From assembly GCA_034429715.1 (NCBI GenBank), contig DAOUFR010000011.1, positions 1,601 to 65,600 on the forward strand: DNA of 64,000 nucleotides. Direction: 5' to 3'. Source of the stretch: Dehalococcoidia bacterium. Its GTDB lineage: Bacteria; Chloroflexota; Dehalococcoidia; GIF9; UBA5629. Below are positions 27,686-37,748 of this stretch, one piece after another; positions within the stretch are counted from its first letter, which is position 1, and the number at the start of each line of letters is the position of its first letter. The notes beneath the pieces were generated by a model that was not told the DNA's origin, ran no database searches, and was given only the letters and a program-made list of their open reading frames with translations. A program made the position numbers and the translations under genes.

Positions 27686-29072
27686 CCTGTCGTTTCACGG
27701 CGCCGCACGCACGGTCACAGGTTCACGGCACCTGCTCGACATCAACGGTTATCGCCTACTTCTCGATTGCGGGATGTTTCAGGGCCGCAGATCGGAGACT
27801 TATCAACGCAACCTGCATTTCTCGTTCGATCCAAGGTCGGTCGATTCAGCCATCATCTCACACGCGCACATGGACCACCTGGGCAACCTGCCCAACCTGG
27901 TCAAGCAAGGCTTCAGGGGCGAGGTAAACTGCACGTCGGCCACGCTTGACCTGGCCAATATTATGCTCACAGATTCGGCCAGCATCCAGGAAAGCGATAT
28001 CCAGTATGTCAACAAGGTCCGCCGCAGGCATAATGAGCCGCCGGTAGAGCCTCTTTACGATTCGACCGACATACCGCCCACACTGAAACTGCTGCGCGGC
28101 AACTCCTACGATAATAGATTCGTTCTGACCAGCGGCATCAGCGTTGTTTTTCATGACGCCGGCCATATACTCGGCTCGGCCATCACGGTTATCGATATAG
28201 TGGATGGAGACAGGCGGCTATCTGTTTGCTTCACAGGCGACCTGGGGCGCAAATATATGCCCATCATCCGCGATCCCTATATTGTCTCCGATGCGGACGT
28301 GCTGATCATCGAAAGCACCTACGGCAATAGAACGCACTCGGATATAAATCTGGTACTGGACAAGCTTGCGGCGGTGATCAATGAAACCATCTCGAGAGGA
28401 GGCAAGATCATCGTGCCGTCATTTGCTCTCGAGCGGACGCAGGAGCTGATCTACTGCCTGCACCAGTTGAAACTGGCCGGCCGCATACCGAGCTTCCCGA
28501 TTTACGTTGACAGCCCCCTGGCCATCGATGCCACCGATATTTTCAGGGTCCACCCGGAATGTTACGACACCGAGACCGCCCAATTGCTCAGGACCGTGTC
28601 CGATCCATTCGGTTTCCGCGGCCTGCGTTATGTATCATCGGTAGAGGAGTCCAAGCACCTCAATACGGTCAAAACGCCCATGATGATCATCGCAGGATCA
28701 GGCATGGCCGAAGCCGGACGCGTACAACACCATCTCAAGAATAATATCAGCAATCCCAATAATACCGTGTTGATCGTGGGATGGCAGGCGGAGAATACAC
28801 TGGGCCGCAAGATCGCGGAAAGGTGGCCGGAGGTAACCATCTTCGGAGAGAAACGCAAGCTGCGCTGCCGCGTGGAGATATTCAATGAATTCAGCGCCCA
28901 CGCGGACCGCAACGACCTTGTCAGATGGGCCGGCGCCGGCAGGGAAAGGTGGCAAAAGGTATTCGTAATACACGGTGAGGAACAATCGGCCCTGTCCCTG
29001 GCTGATGCGTTCAAAGAAATGGGTCTGCAGGATGTAACAGTGCCTGAGCAAGGACAGACTTTTCAACTGTAG
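27678..29072 (+). CDS. MBL-fold beta-CASP metallo-hydrolase (RNA-processing type)
   Basis: GAARTVTGS, SHAHMDHLG, AGHILGS, TGDLG, FSAHAD, VIHGE. Confidence 0.92.
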   Translation: MINLSFHGAARTVTGSRHLLDINGYRLLLDCGMFQGRRSETYQRNLHFSFDPRSVDSAIISHAHMDHLGNLPNLVKQGFRGEVNCTSATLDLANIMLTDSASIQESDIQYVNKVRRRHNEPPVEPLYDSTDIPPTLKLLRGNSYDNRFVLTSGISVVFHDAGHILGSAITVIDIVDGDRRLSVCFTGDLGRKYMPIIRDPYIVSDADVLIIESTYGNRTHSDINLVLDKLAAVINETISRGGKIIVPSFALERTQELIYCLHQLKLAGRIPSFPIYVDSPLAIDATDIFRVHPECYDTETAQLLRTVSDPFGFRGLRYVSSVEESKHLNTVKTPMMIIAGSGMAEAGRVQHHLKNNISNPNNTVLIVGWQAENTLGRKIAERWPEVTIFGEKRKLRCRVEIFNEFSAHADRNDLVRWAGAGRERWQKVFVIHGEEQSALSLADAFKEMGLQDVTVPEQGQTFQL

Positions 29073-29110
29073 ATCCAATCAGCCCTCCAATAAAATGCGG
29101 GTGACTATCG

Positions 29111-30079
29111 ATGGCCGGATTTTATCTACGTAATTTCGACGAATTGCGCCAGCCCTGGACCGAGATTTTCCTGCGCTCCCGGATCAGGTCGCCTTTCTCA
29201 TCACCGGACTGGGCGGAGAACTGGTGGAAACATTTCGGCGAGGGGAGCACGCTGTATGCGGGCTCGGTGGAAGAAGAAGGCAACGTGGTCGGCATAGCGC
29301 CCCTGCGCCTGCAGGATGGGATACTGCGTTTTATCGGCAGCGACAACCTGTTCGATTTCCAGGATTTTATAATCGAAAAGGGACGTGAGGAGGTTTTTTA
29401 TCGCACGCTGTTGCGTCACATTTCTGAGACCAGGGCAGCAAAATTGGATTTAGGTTTGCTCCTGCCGGACTCCAGCGTGCACCGGGCGCTCATACCCCTG
29501 GCCAAGGAGAGGGGCCTCGATGTAAGTTGCGCTCAGGACGATGTTACAGTATCGCTCGATCTACCCGCCGATACGGCGGCATATCTTGCTCTGCTCAGCG
29601 CAAAGCAGAGGCACGAATTGCTGCGCAAGGAGAGGCGGCTGAACGAGGAGGGCGACGTAGCATACAGGGTACATGACAGAGCAAGAGAATCCGATATAGA
29701 TCTCTTCCTGCAATTTTTCAGGGAGAGCAGGGAAGACAAAAATCGATTTCTCACGCCACCCATAGAGCTCTTCATGCGGGAGATTATTCGCTTAAGCGAG
29801 GCCCGCGGCATGCTGCGGCTGGGGATACTGGAGCTGAATAACACACCGATCGCAGCCACCCTGTGCTTTGAATACCAGGACAGTATGTATCTGTATAACA
29901 GCGGCTATTCCCCTGCCTTCCGCTGGCTGAGCGCAGGGCTGCTGTCAAAGTACTACAGTATCCGGGACAGCATCATGAAGGGAAAGACGCATTATGATTT
30001 CCTTAAAGGCGCAGAGAAATACAAATTTCACCTGGGCGGTAAAGAAAACGGCCTTTTTAGATGTATAATTAATTTTTAG
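29111..30079 (+). CDS. GNAT-family acetyltransferase (CelD/BcsL-like)
   Basis: PFSSPDW..WW..F, YLYNSGY, SAGLL, YDFLKGAEKYK. Confidence 0.82.
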   Translation: MAGFYLRNFDELRQPWTEIFLRSRIRSPFSSPDWAENWWKHFGEGSTLYAGSVEEEGNVVGIAPLRLQDGILRFIGSDNLFDFQDFIIEKGREEVFYRTLLRHISETRAAKLDLGLLLPDSSVHRALIPLAKERGLDVSCAQDDVTVSLDLPADTAAYLALLSAKQRHELLRKERRLNEEGDVAYRVHDRARESDIDLFLQFFRESREDKNRFLTPPIELFMREIIRLSEARGMLRLGILELNNTPIAATLCFEYQDSMYLYNSGYSPAFRWLSAGLLSKYYSIRDSIMKGKTHYDFLKGAEKYKFHLGGKENGLFRCIINF

Positions 30080-30105
30080 ATATCAGATACCGGAATAATC
30101 CTTCG

Positions 30106-31323
30106 ATGGACCATTTGCGCATCGCGCTCTTAAGCTTACATACTTGCCCCTGGAGCAAGCCGGGAGGCCGTTACACGGGCGGGATGAACGTTTATATTCA
30201 GAATCTGTGCCGTGAACTCGCAAAACTGGGGGTAGCTACAGACGTATTCACCTGCTGCCATGAAGACAACCAGCCGTGCAACTTCAGCGGGCCGGCCTGC
30301 CACACAGGATTGATACATATCAATGACGCCCGCTCCAGGCTTATTGCAGATTCCGGTCCGGCGGACTATGCCCGCAGCCTGGCGCAGGCCGTTAGCTCAC
30401 ACTGCCGGGAACAGGACCTGCACTACGATGTTATACACAGCCACTACTGGCTCTCGGGTCTGGCCGGCAACCACTTAAAGGACATCTGGCAGATACCGCA
30501 CATAACCATGTTCCACACGCTCGGCGCTCTGAAAAACAGCTCCTTGCCGGGATCTCCGGAGCCTGAATCCAGAATAGTCCATGAAAGGTCCGTTATCCAC
30601 TCCTGTGATCACGTCATCGCATCGACCTCGGTTGAAAAACAGGAAATGGTCGACCGGTACGGCGTATCTGCGGATAAAATCAGCGTCATACCCTGCGGTG
30701 TTAATCCCGCGCTATTTCGCCCCATACAAAGGCCGGCTGCCAGAGCCGCCTGCGGCCTTCCCGATAGGCCGACGCTTTTGTTTGTCGGCAGGCCCGATCC
30801 CATCAAGGGGCTCAAGAACCTCCTGCAGGCAATCTCGCTGCTCGGGCCGTGCAATGATTTTCAACTCCTGGTGATAGGTTGCGGCAACCGCCGTATGGGA
30901 GATCCCGGGCAGGCTGGCGGCTTCGGGAGTGAATATCTCGAGGACCGTGTGATTTTTACGGGCCCGGTCGACCACGAAAAAATGTGCCTGTATTACAACG
31001 CAGCCGATCTCTGCGTAATACCGTCGTATTACGAAAGCTTCTGCCTGACCGCGCTTGAGTCAGTGGCCTGCGGCACGCCTGTCCTTGCGACATGCGTGGG
31101 GGAGATACCTGAGATATCGAAACGTACATCTTTATGTAAAGTTATCCCCGATAACAGTCCGGAAACCCTGGCGGCGTATATCAGTATATATCTAAAAGGC
31201 AACGCGCTGGATGTACCCCATCCGGGGGCGGAACTTTCAATGAACTATGGATGGGACTCAATTGCAGACAGGGTCATTCGTGAGTATCGGGACGTGTTAA
31301 AAGTGCTTGTAGAAGCTGTATAG
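30106..31323 (+). CDS. GT4 glycosyltransferase, MshA-like
   Basis: LSLHTCP..GGMNVYI, IHSHYWLSG, HITMFHTLGALKN, FVGRPDPIKG, PSYYESF. Confidence 0.85.
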   Translation: MDHLRIALLSLHTCPWSKPGGRYTGGMNVYIQNLCRELAKLGVATDVFTCCHEDNQPCNFSGPACHTGLIHINDARSRLIADSGPADYARSLAQAVSSHCREQDLHYDVIHSHYWLSGLAGNHLKDIWQIPHITMFHTLGALKNSSLPGSPEPESRIVHERSVIHSCDHVIASTSVEKQEMVDRYGVSADKISVIPCGVNPALFRPIQRPAARAACGLPDRPTLLFVGRPDPIKGLKNLLQAISLLGPCNDFQLLVIGCGNRRMGDPGQAGGFGSEYLEDRVIFTGPVDHEKMCLYYNAADLCVIPSYYESFCLTALESVACGTPVLATCVGEIPEISKRTSLCKVIPDNSPETLAAYISIYLKGNALDVPHPGAELSMNYGWDSIADRVIREYRDVLKVLVEAV

Positions 31324-31369
31324 ACAATACTGTTATGCAAATAATCCAGGATCGACAGAGGAATATGCT

Positions 31370-32062
31370 ATGACAGATAAATTCGACCTTATGGTTATAG
31401 CCCCGCACCCCGACGACCCCGAATTCGGAATCGGCGGCACGATAGCGCAGTGGACGAAAGACGGTAAAAAAGTAGTCTATATCATATGCACCAACGGCAA
31501 TAAGGGCACGGATGATCCTGCCGTAACGCCGGCCCAGCTTGCAGAGATCAGGAGGTCCGAGCAGCTGGCTGCAGCCAATTCACTGGGGGTATCCGAAGTC
31601 ATCTTCCTCAATCACGACGACCAGTCCATCGAGGACACACCCGAGTTCCGCAAGGAGCTGGTCAGGATGATACGTACATATAAGCCCGATGTCGTGGCAG
31701 CCCCGGACCCTTACAGAAAATATGTCTGGCACCGTGATCACCGCATAACGGGGCAAGTTGTGCTGGACGCGGTTTATCCTTTCGCCCGAGACCGCTTATC
31801 CTACCCGGACCTGATCCAGGACAATTTTCAACCGCACAAGGTCAAAGAGCTGCTGTTCTGGGGAGCCGAACAGCCCAACTACTTCAGCGATATCACAGCC
31901 ACTTTTAATAAGAAGATCTCGGCGCTTAAATGCCATCAGAGCCAGGTAAGCCACTTCCCACAAGGCTGGGAAGAGGCCTACCGCAACGTATTATCCAGCT
32001 ACGGCAAAGACCACGGCTACGATGTTGCAGAAACGTTCTACCGGGTAGTGCTGCCGCCTTAA
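31370..32062 (+). CDS. PIG-L/LmbE-family deacetylase (MshB/BshB-like)
   Basis: APHPDDPEFG, CTNGNKG, HRDH, KISALKCHQSQ. Confidence 0.9.
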   Translation: MTDKFDLMVIAPHPDDPEFGIGGTIAQWTKDGKKVVYIICTNGNKGTDDPAVTPAQLAEIRRSEQLAAANSLGVSEVIFLNHDDQSIEDTPEFRKELVRMIRTYKPDVVAAPDPYRKYVWHRDHRITGQVVLDAVYPFARDRLSYPDLIQDNFQPHKVKELLFWGAEQPNYFSDITATFNKKISALKCHQSQVSHFPQGWEEAYRNVLSSYGKDHGYDVAETFYRVVLPP

Positions 32063-32069
32063 TCCAGGG

Positions 32070-32375
32070 CTATGAGGACGACCATTTCTCGGCCAGGTCG
32101 CCGATGCCCGGCAGCTTGAACTTCTGGCCCTGATAGGCCTTGACCATCAGCAGTATCCACAGCACCAGAGCGATTATCCAGATGAACCAGCCGATTACCG
32201 GTATGAACCCGAGGATAAAACAGGCGCCGAACGTTATGATAGACTGCATGGCATGGAACTTAACGAACTTGCTGTCTTTTTCAATCAGGAAAAAGATAAG
32301 GCCGGTTACCCAACCGACCAAGTAGCACAATAACCCTGCAACATTTTCTTCCATTCCGGTTGATGATTTGGCCAT
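32070..32375 (-). CDS. DUF4870-like small membrane protein
   Basis: NVAGLLCY..LIFFLIEKDSKFVKFHAMQS..KAYQG..FKLPGIG. Confidence 0.85.
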   Translation of the reverse strand: MAKSSTGMEENVAGLLCYLVGWVTGLIFFLIEKDSKFVKFHAMQSIITFGACFILGFIPVIGWFIWIIALVLWILLMVKAYQGQKFKLPGIGDLAEKWSSS

Positions 32376-32407
32376 TGCTCAGACCCCCCTTCATTATTTA
32401 TTACCGC

Positions 32408-33517
32408 TTATATCTTTTTAGCTGCCTTAAAGGCGGCGAATGTCACGATAGCAATCAACATAACACCAATTGCTATAACTATAATCGCCCAGACCGGCAC
32501 ATTCTCCGGAGCTGGGGCCGTCCGGGTACTATCTGACGGGGCGGATTCCGTGGTAAATGTGAATACGGATCCTGCATCCCCGGGCACAGGCTCCACGGCT
32601 GAAGCCTGCCAGAAATAAGCCGTATCATAGTTGAGCTTGACCGGCAGCGAATATGCGGAGGTAGGGGTGAAATCCTCCACCACTACATTCTGCAACTGGG
32701 CGTCCCTGGCTAAAATAAATCTGTATTTCGTTGTGCCCTGGTAGCCGCTCCAGCTGAAAGCCAGCGGGCTGACCGGAACACCCGTTGCCCCGCTGGCAGG
32801 GCTTAAAGACTGCACGCCATATGAAGGCGTACTCACGGCATATCCCGGCCTTATACTGAAAGGCACAGCCTCCGACCATGGACTGGCAATCCTCTGGCCT
32901 GTGGCTGCCTGTGTGGTACGTACCCTCCAGTAATATGTATGCCCCGCCTCCAGAGTTCCGGGCGGGTACCAGAAGGCCGGCGACGTCGAATCGGCCGGGA
33001 CCAGTATACCTGAATCATAAACCTTCAATGTAAAGAGCGGGTCCCTGGCAATCTGCACCTGATAACTGCCCGATAAGCAGTAATCCTCCCAGCGCATATC
33101 CACCGAAGAGTTGCGCCCGGTCACGGGATCCACATCAATCGTGTTCTCCGCGGGCAGCTGCGGGGCGTTAACATTCAGAGTAATAGACCTTGTCCTGGCG
33201 CCGGTGGGATTAACGGCGGTCAGTTTATAAGTAGTCGTATACAGCGGCGATACGGCAGCCTGCCCGACCGGGAGCACTTCGCCTATCCCGTGGTCGATAT
33301 ATACGGAAGAAGCATTTTTAACGTCCCAGGAAATAACGGCAGAGGACGATCGCTCTATGCCGGAAGGTGCGACTTTGTAATCGCTTATTTCAGGCAGCGC
33401 GGGCAGATCGACGGAGCCCGTGCACGGCGCAGGGATCGCTACGGCTGCCAGACATGCAAGGAGCAAAAGCAATCCCGCCACATGCAAAAATCCTGACTGA
33501 AATGCTCTTATATTCAT
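32408..33517 (-). CDS. Secreted surface protein with Ig/Fn3-like repeats and a C-terminal membrane anchor
   Basis: Signal peptide, two YxxQIAxD..F / YxWRV-type modules, C-terminal hydrophobic helix followed by KAAKKI. Confidence 0.7.
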   Translation of the reverse strand: MNIRAFQSGFLHVAGLLLLLACLAAVAIPAPCTGSVDLPALPEISDYKVAPSGIERSSSAVISWDVKNASSVYIDHGIGEVLPVGQAAVSPLYTTTYKLTAVNPTGARTRSITLNVNAPQLPAENTIDVDPVTGRNSSVDMRWEDYCLSGSYQVQIARDPLFTLKVYDSGILVPADSTSPAFWYPPGTLEAGHTYYWRVRTTQAATGQRIASPWSEAVPFSIRPGYAVSTPSYGVQSLSPASGATGVPVSPLAFSWSGYQGTTKYRFILARDAQLQNVVVEDFTPTSAYSLPVKLNYDTAYFWQASAVEPVPGDAGSVFTFTTESAPSDSTRTAPAPENVPVWAIIVIAIGVMLIAIVTFAAFKAAKKI

Positions 33518-33536
33518 CGTCTTACCCTTCGTGGTA

Positions 33537-35285
33537 TCACTGGGAGCTGACATTTGATCCTTTTACCATAACTCCTGATTTCACAAGGTAATCATAATAA
33601 CCGGTTAGTTTGAGCAGGACCCTGGCGGCACGATTGCCGGACGTATAGTCGTAGTGATTGCCCGCCAGCTTCACCTGTTCCTCCGTAAAGGTCGTGGTGA
33701 TGACCGGCTTGCCGTAGCTCTCGATCCACTGAGAGCTGAGCGCCTGCATCAGCCTGACGATCATATCATTGATAATATCCAGGCGCGACCTGCCGGTCTT
33801 TGCCGTAAAAGCCTTGCCGCTGGCCAGCTCGAGCAGGTCATCCACCAGCACATCATCGATCTTGCCCGAAAAACGGGCGGCGATAATAGTAACTGCCAGG
33901 TCCTCGACCTCCATTTTACCCTGCAGGCCAAGCACCCAGGCAAGCATATCGATTAGTTGCTTGATGGCGGTCTCAGTTTTATATACGTTGCCCGACTTGA
34001 TATCTTCGATAATGGGAATTATAGCCCTCAGGGCGCTGTCCCTTTTAGCCAGGTCCTCCGGCGACATCTTCTGTTCCTGGCTGGAGCGCTGCTGGAGCAG
34101 CAGGTTGCCGAACAGGGTAAAGCCGCCGAAACCCATGAATATAAGCGAATCGACTGTTTCCAGCTCCAGCAGCCTGGCAGGCGCCGTCAGATAGGCGATG
34201 AAATTGCGGTCGCCTGCAGGATCGACGGGATTGGCGTGGCTCCACCTGGGCGGAAAGATATTATTAAACTCCTCAATTGTCTTTTCAGGCAATTTAACCA
34301 CGTTCAGCCCGCCCTCTTCGCAGGCCTCGGCGCAGAGCACGCCGTAGCTGCCTCCCGGAGTAATGATGGCCACGTTGCGCCCCCTGGGCAGAGGCTGGGT
34401 CAAGCACCCGATGGCGACATCGAGCATCTCCTCCGGGCTGTCCACCCGCATGGCGCCCATCTTTTTAAAGGCCGCATCATAAACAGCATCGCTGCCCGCC
34501 ATGGCTCCCGAATGCGATCTTATGGCCTCGGCGGCGGCCGCCGTTTTTCCCGGCTTCAACACGATAACAGGTTTATTGCGGGTGACTTTGGAAACTATGT
34601 CCATGAATCTGGCGCCGTCATTAAGCCCCTCGATGTAGGTCATGATCGCTTTGACTCTATTATCCTTCCCGAAGTAATCGATGTAGTCCTCAATTTGTAC
34701 ATCCGCCGCGCATCCGCAGCTCACATAATGCGTGAAACCGACGCCCCGTTCGTATCCGGCCACCACCACCGCAGCGCCGACGTTGCCTCCCTGCGATACG
34801 AATGCCAGCTGCCCGTCCCTGATCAGCAAAGGCATCATAAAAGCCGCAAGAGAAGATGACGAGCTCCAGTAACCCATGCAGTTCGGGCCGATGAACCTGA
34901 TATTGCCGCTGCGCGCTATGCCCAGCACCTCGTCCTGAAGCTTCTTTCCTTCAGGCCCTATCTCCGCAAAGCCTGCAGATATGATGACCGCCGATTTAAC
35001 CCCCTTCTTCACACAATCCCGCATAACCGCTACCACGTGTTCAGCCGGTATGGTGAAAACGGCCAGGTCTACGGGTCCCGGGATATCGGTCACCCTGGGA
35101 TAAACCGTCAGCCCCTGTATCTCGCTCTCTTTGGTATTTACCGGATAAATAGGCCCTTTAAAGCTATGGATAAGGCTGGTGATAGTGGAAAAACCCCATT
35201 TGTTGCGGTTATTGGTGGCTCCTATGTGGGCGACCGAGGCCGGGTTAAAGAGGGGGTCCAGGTCCCTGATAATGTCTTCATTCAT
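33537..35285 (-). CDS. NDP-forming acyl-CoA synthetase alpha-type subunit (CoA-binding), with an internal helical insertion
   Basis: PASVAHIGA, IYPVN, FIGPNCMG, SQGGN, RSHSGAMAG (phospho-His), NPVD. Confidence 0.85.
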   Translation of the reverse strand: MNEDIIRDLDPLFNPASVAHIGATNNRNKWGFSTITSLIHSFKGPIYPVNTKESEIQGLTVYPRVTDIPGPVDLAVFTIPAEHVVAVMRDCVKKGVKSAVIISAGFAEIGPEGKKLQDEVLGIARSGNIRFIGPNCMGYWSSSSSLAAFMMPLLIRDGQLAFVSQGGNVGAAVVVAGYERGVGFTHYVSCGCAADVQIEDYIDYFGKDNRVKAIMTYIEGLNDGARFMDIVSKVTRNKPVIVLKPGKTAAAAEAIRSHSGAMAGSDAVYDAAFKKMGAMRVDSPEEMLDVAIGCLTQPLPRGRNVAIITPGGSYGVLCAEACEEGGLNVVKLPEKTIEEFNNIFPPRWSHANPVDPAGDRNFIAYLTAPARLLELETVDSLIFMGFGGFTLFGNLLLQQRSSQEQKMSPEDLAKRDSALRAIIPIIEDIKSGNVYKTETAIKQLIDMLAWVLGLQGKMEVEDLAVTIIAARFSGKIDDVLVDDLLELASGKAFTAKTGRSRLDIINDMIVRLMQALSSQWIESYGKPVITTTFTEEQVKLAGNHYDYTSGNRAARVLLKLTGYYDYLVKSGVMVKGSNVSSQ

Positions 35286-35477
35286 ATTGTCGGCCCTCGC
35301 AATCCATTAAGTCGGAATAGTCCACGCTATAAATTAAAAAATGCCTTGAGATTCAAAGCATCATGCTATATAATAACACTCCGGCAGGTGTCCGACAAAT
35401 TCAATTCGTTCGTTATTAGCTTTCTCATATACGATATTTATTACGATGCCTGCAACTAATTTCATAAGGAGCAAACG

Positions 35478-36530
35478 ATGATCAAAACCCGCATGACCGA
35501 GCTGTTCGGATGCAAACACCCCATCATGCTGGCGGGTATGAACTGGGTAACCACTCCGGAGCTGGTGGCCGCAGTCTGCAACGCGGGCGGCCTGGGCATA
35601 TTCGCCACGGCCAGATGCACTCCCGAAGAAACAAGAAAGAACATCAATGAGATCAGGAAGCTGACGGACAAGCCTTTCGGCATCAACCAGATATTGATAC
35701 TGGGGCAGGTGGCGCGTGACACCATCCAGGTAGCCATCGAGGAGAAGGTCCCCGTGATCAACTATACCCTGGGCAAGCCATGGTTTATCGACGACGTCCA
35801 TAAATACGGGGGCAGGGTGATCGGCACCACCGCTTATGTTAAACATGCGATAAAAGCCGCCGAGCTGGGATGCGACGCCATCGTCGTTACCGGCACTGAG
35901 GCCGCGGCGCACGGCGAAGAGGCCTCCACGCTGGTGATGCTTCCCATCGTTGCCGGCAAGGTAAAGATACCCATCATATCGGCCGGCGGATACGGCGACG
36001 GCAGGGGCCTGGCGGCGGCTTTATCCCTGGGCGCCAGCGCCATCTCCATGGGAACCCGCTTCGCTCTGACAAAGGAAAGCATGGTGCATGAGCACTTCAA
36101 GCAACTCTGCCTCAAGGCCACGGAGAATGACACGATCGTAAGCACCAAATTCGACGGCATGCGCGGCCGCGCCCTTAAAACACCCGTTACCGAGCGAATC
36201 GCCAGGGGCGGATTCCCGCTGCTTGAAGCTTTCAGAGGCGCCTACGAAACCAAGCAACTGTTTAACCTGAGCTGGCCGAAATTTATCGGAATGAGCTTCT
36301 CCATGATGGGATCGGACGACCAGCATCCCCTGTGGGTGCAGGCGCGCCAGGCCGCAGGCTATCGCCGCCATACGCTGGCTATCTACGACGGAAATATGAA
36401 GGACGGCATATATTTCGCCGGGCAAATACTGGGCGCCTGCAACGACGTGCCCACGGTGGCAGAGCTCGTCGACAGGATTATGGTTGAGGCCGAAGCGACC
36501 CTCAAGAAAACTTATTCGATGCTGGCCTGA
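35478..36530 (+). CDS. Nitronate monooxygenase / FabK-like flavoenzyme (paralogue 1)
   Basis: KHPIMLAGM, VCNAGGLG, EAAAHG, AGGYGDGRGL, MGTRF. Confidence 0.9.
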   Translation: MIKTRMTELFGCKHPIMLAGMNWVTTPELVAAVCNAGGLGIFATARCTPEETRKNINEIRKLTDKPFGINQILILGQVARDTIQVAIEEKVPVINYTLGKPWFIDDVHKYGGRVIGTTAYVKHAIKAAELGCDAIVVTGTEAAAHGEEASTLVMLPIVAGKVKIPIISAGGYGDGRGLAAALSLGASAISMGTRFALTKESMVHEHFKQLCLKATENDTIVSTKFDGMRGRALKTPVTERIARGGFPLLEAFRGAYETKQLFNLSWPKFIGMSFSMMGSDDQHPLWVQARQAAGYRRHTLAIYDGNMKDGIYFAGQILGACNDVPTVAELVDRIMVEAEATLKKTYSMLA

Positions 36531-36549
36531 GCACACATTACGCATATAG

Positions 36550-36582
36550 AAAGGGGGAGGCACTTAAATGCCTCCCCCTTTT
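36550..36582. terminator. Bidirectional intrinsic terminator between convergent NMO genes
   Basis: AAAGGGGGAGGCA-cttaaa-TGCCTCCCCCTTTT. Confidence 0.85.
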
Positions 36583-36606
36583 GCTTTCATATGACGGGCG
36601 CGTCTG

Positions 36607-37587
36607 TTACTTCAGGCGTGAACCCTTAAGCAGCGCCTCCGCCTGTTTGGCCATCCGATCCAGCAGCTCCTTGCAGCTGACCACATCGTGGATGAGGCCG
36701 ATGGACTGCCCTACCGGCATCAACCCAGCCTCTATATCGCCCTCGTCCCAGATAGCGGTCTGGCGCAGGCCGGACAGGAAAGGCGCCAGTTCGTTAAGCG
36801 TGGCATGCTTGGCTTCCATATCCTGGATCTGCTTCAGGATATCGTTCTTCATGGCACGGCCCTGGAATCCGATGGTCTTGCCGTAGAGCAGAGTATCGAA
36901 CTCCTGTCGGCTGACAAGCTCCTGCTTGACCTTATTGTTCATGCGGCACTCGGTAGTGGCCATAAACCTCGAGGCCATCATTACGCCCTCGGCTCCCAGC
37001 ACGATTGCCGCAGCCAGGGACCTGCCGTCGGCGATGCCCCCGGTTGAAATGACGGGGATTTTGACCGTCTCCGCCATGCGCGGTGTGAGCACCATGGTGG
37101 TTACATCGTCCATCAGAGGGTGTCCGCCCTCTTCCACGCCTGCCGCGATTACGGCGTCATACCCGGCATGCTCCGCATGGACGGCATGCCTGACGGATCC
37201 GAGCTTGTGGATGAACTTACAGCCGGCGTCATGCCCGCGCTTGATAGCGTCCGGACCGAAGAACTTGTCCACCGGCGTGCCCGAGATCTCGAACGCGGGC
37301 ACCTTCTCCGCGATGCAGGCATCGAACCAGTCCTGGTACATCTCCTTGGTTATGCGAAAAGACGGCAGCAGGGACAGGTTCACGGAAAACGGCTTATCGG
37401 TTTTTTCCCTGGTCTCCCTGATGGCCTGGCGCATCTCCTTACCGTCTTTGTAATTGGCGGCCGTGATGTTCCCCAGGCCGCCTGCATTGCTGATGGCGGC
37501 GCAAAGGTCAGGTTTGCACAGCCACATCATGCCGCCGCACATAATCGGGTGCTTGATGCCAAACAGTTCGGTCATTCTGGTTTTCAT
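36607..37587 (-). CDS. Nitronate monooxygenase / FabK-like flavoenzyme (paralogue 2)
   Basis: KHPIMCGGM, ISNAGGLG, EEGGH, TGGIADGRSL. Confidence 0.9.
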   Translation of the reverse strand: MKTRMTELFGIKHPIMCGGMMWLCKPDLCAAISNAGGLGNITAANYKDGKEMRQAIRETREKTDKPFSVNLSLLPSFRITKEMYQDWFDACIAEKVPAFEISGTPVDKFFGPDAIKRGHDAGCKFIHKLGSVRHAVHAEHAGYDAVIAAGVEEGGHPLMDDVTTMVLTPRMAETVKIPVISTGGIADGRSLAAAIVLGAEGVMMASRFMATTECRMNNKVKQELVSRQEFDTLLYGKTIGFQGRAMKNDILKQIQDMEAKHATLNELAPFLSGLRQTAIWDEGDIEAGLMPVGQSIGLIHDVVSCKELLDRMAKQAEALLKGSRLK

Positions 37588-37655
37588 CTCTCTTCTCCTC
37601 TGTCAGCCAATGAAAATTTATGCGATTATAACACACGGATCAGCTTAAGGTAAAG

Positions 37656-37671
37656 TTGACTAATCAGTCAA
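37656..37671. promoter_or_regulatory. Palindromic operator (TetR-like) between divergent NMO genes
   Basis: TTGACTAATCAGTCAA is a near-perfect palindrome overlapping a TTGACT -35-like hexamer. Confidence 0.55.
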
Positions 37672-37748
37672 TCATCTTTGACAATTCCGGCGTTTTTTGA
37701 GATTATTATCGATCGATAGGAATCAACAAATAATGGAGGTTTGAACTC

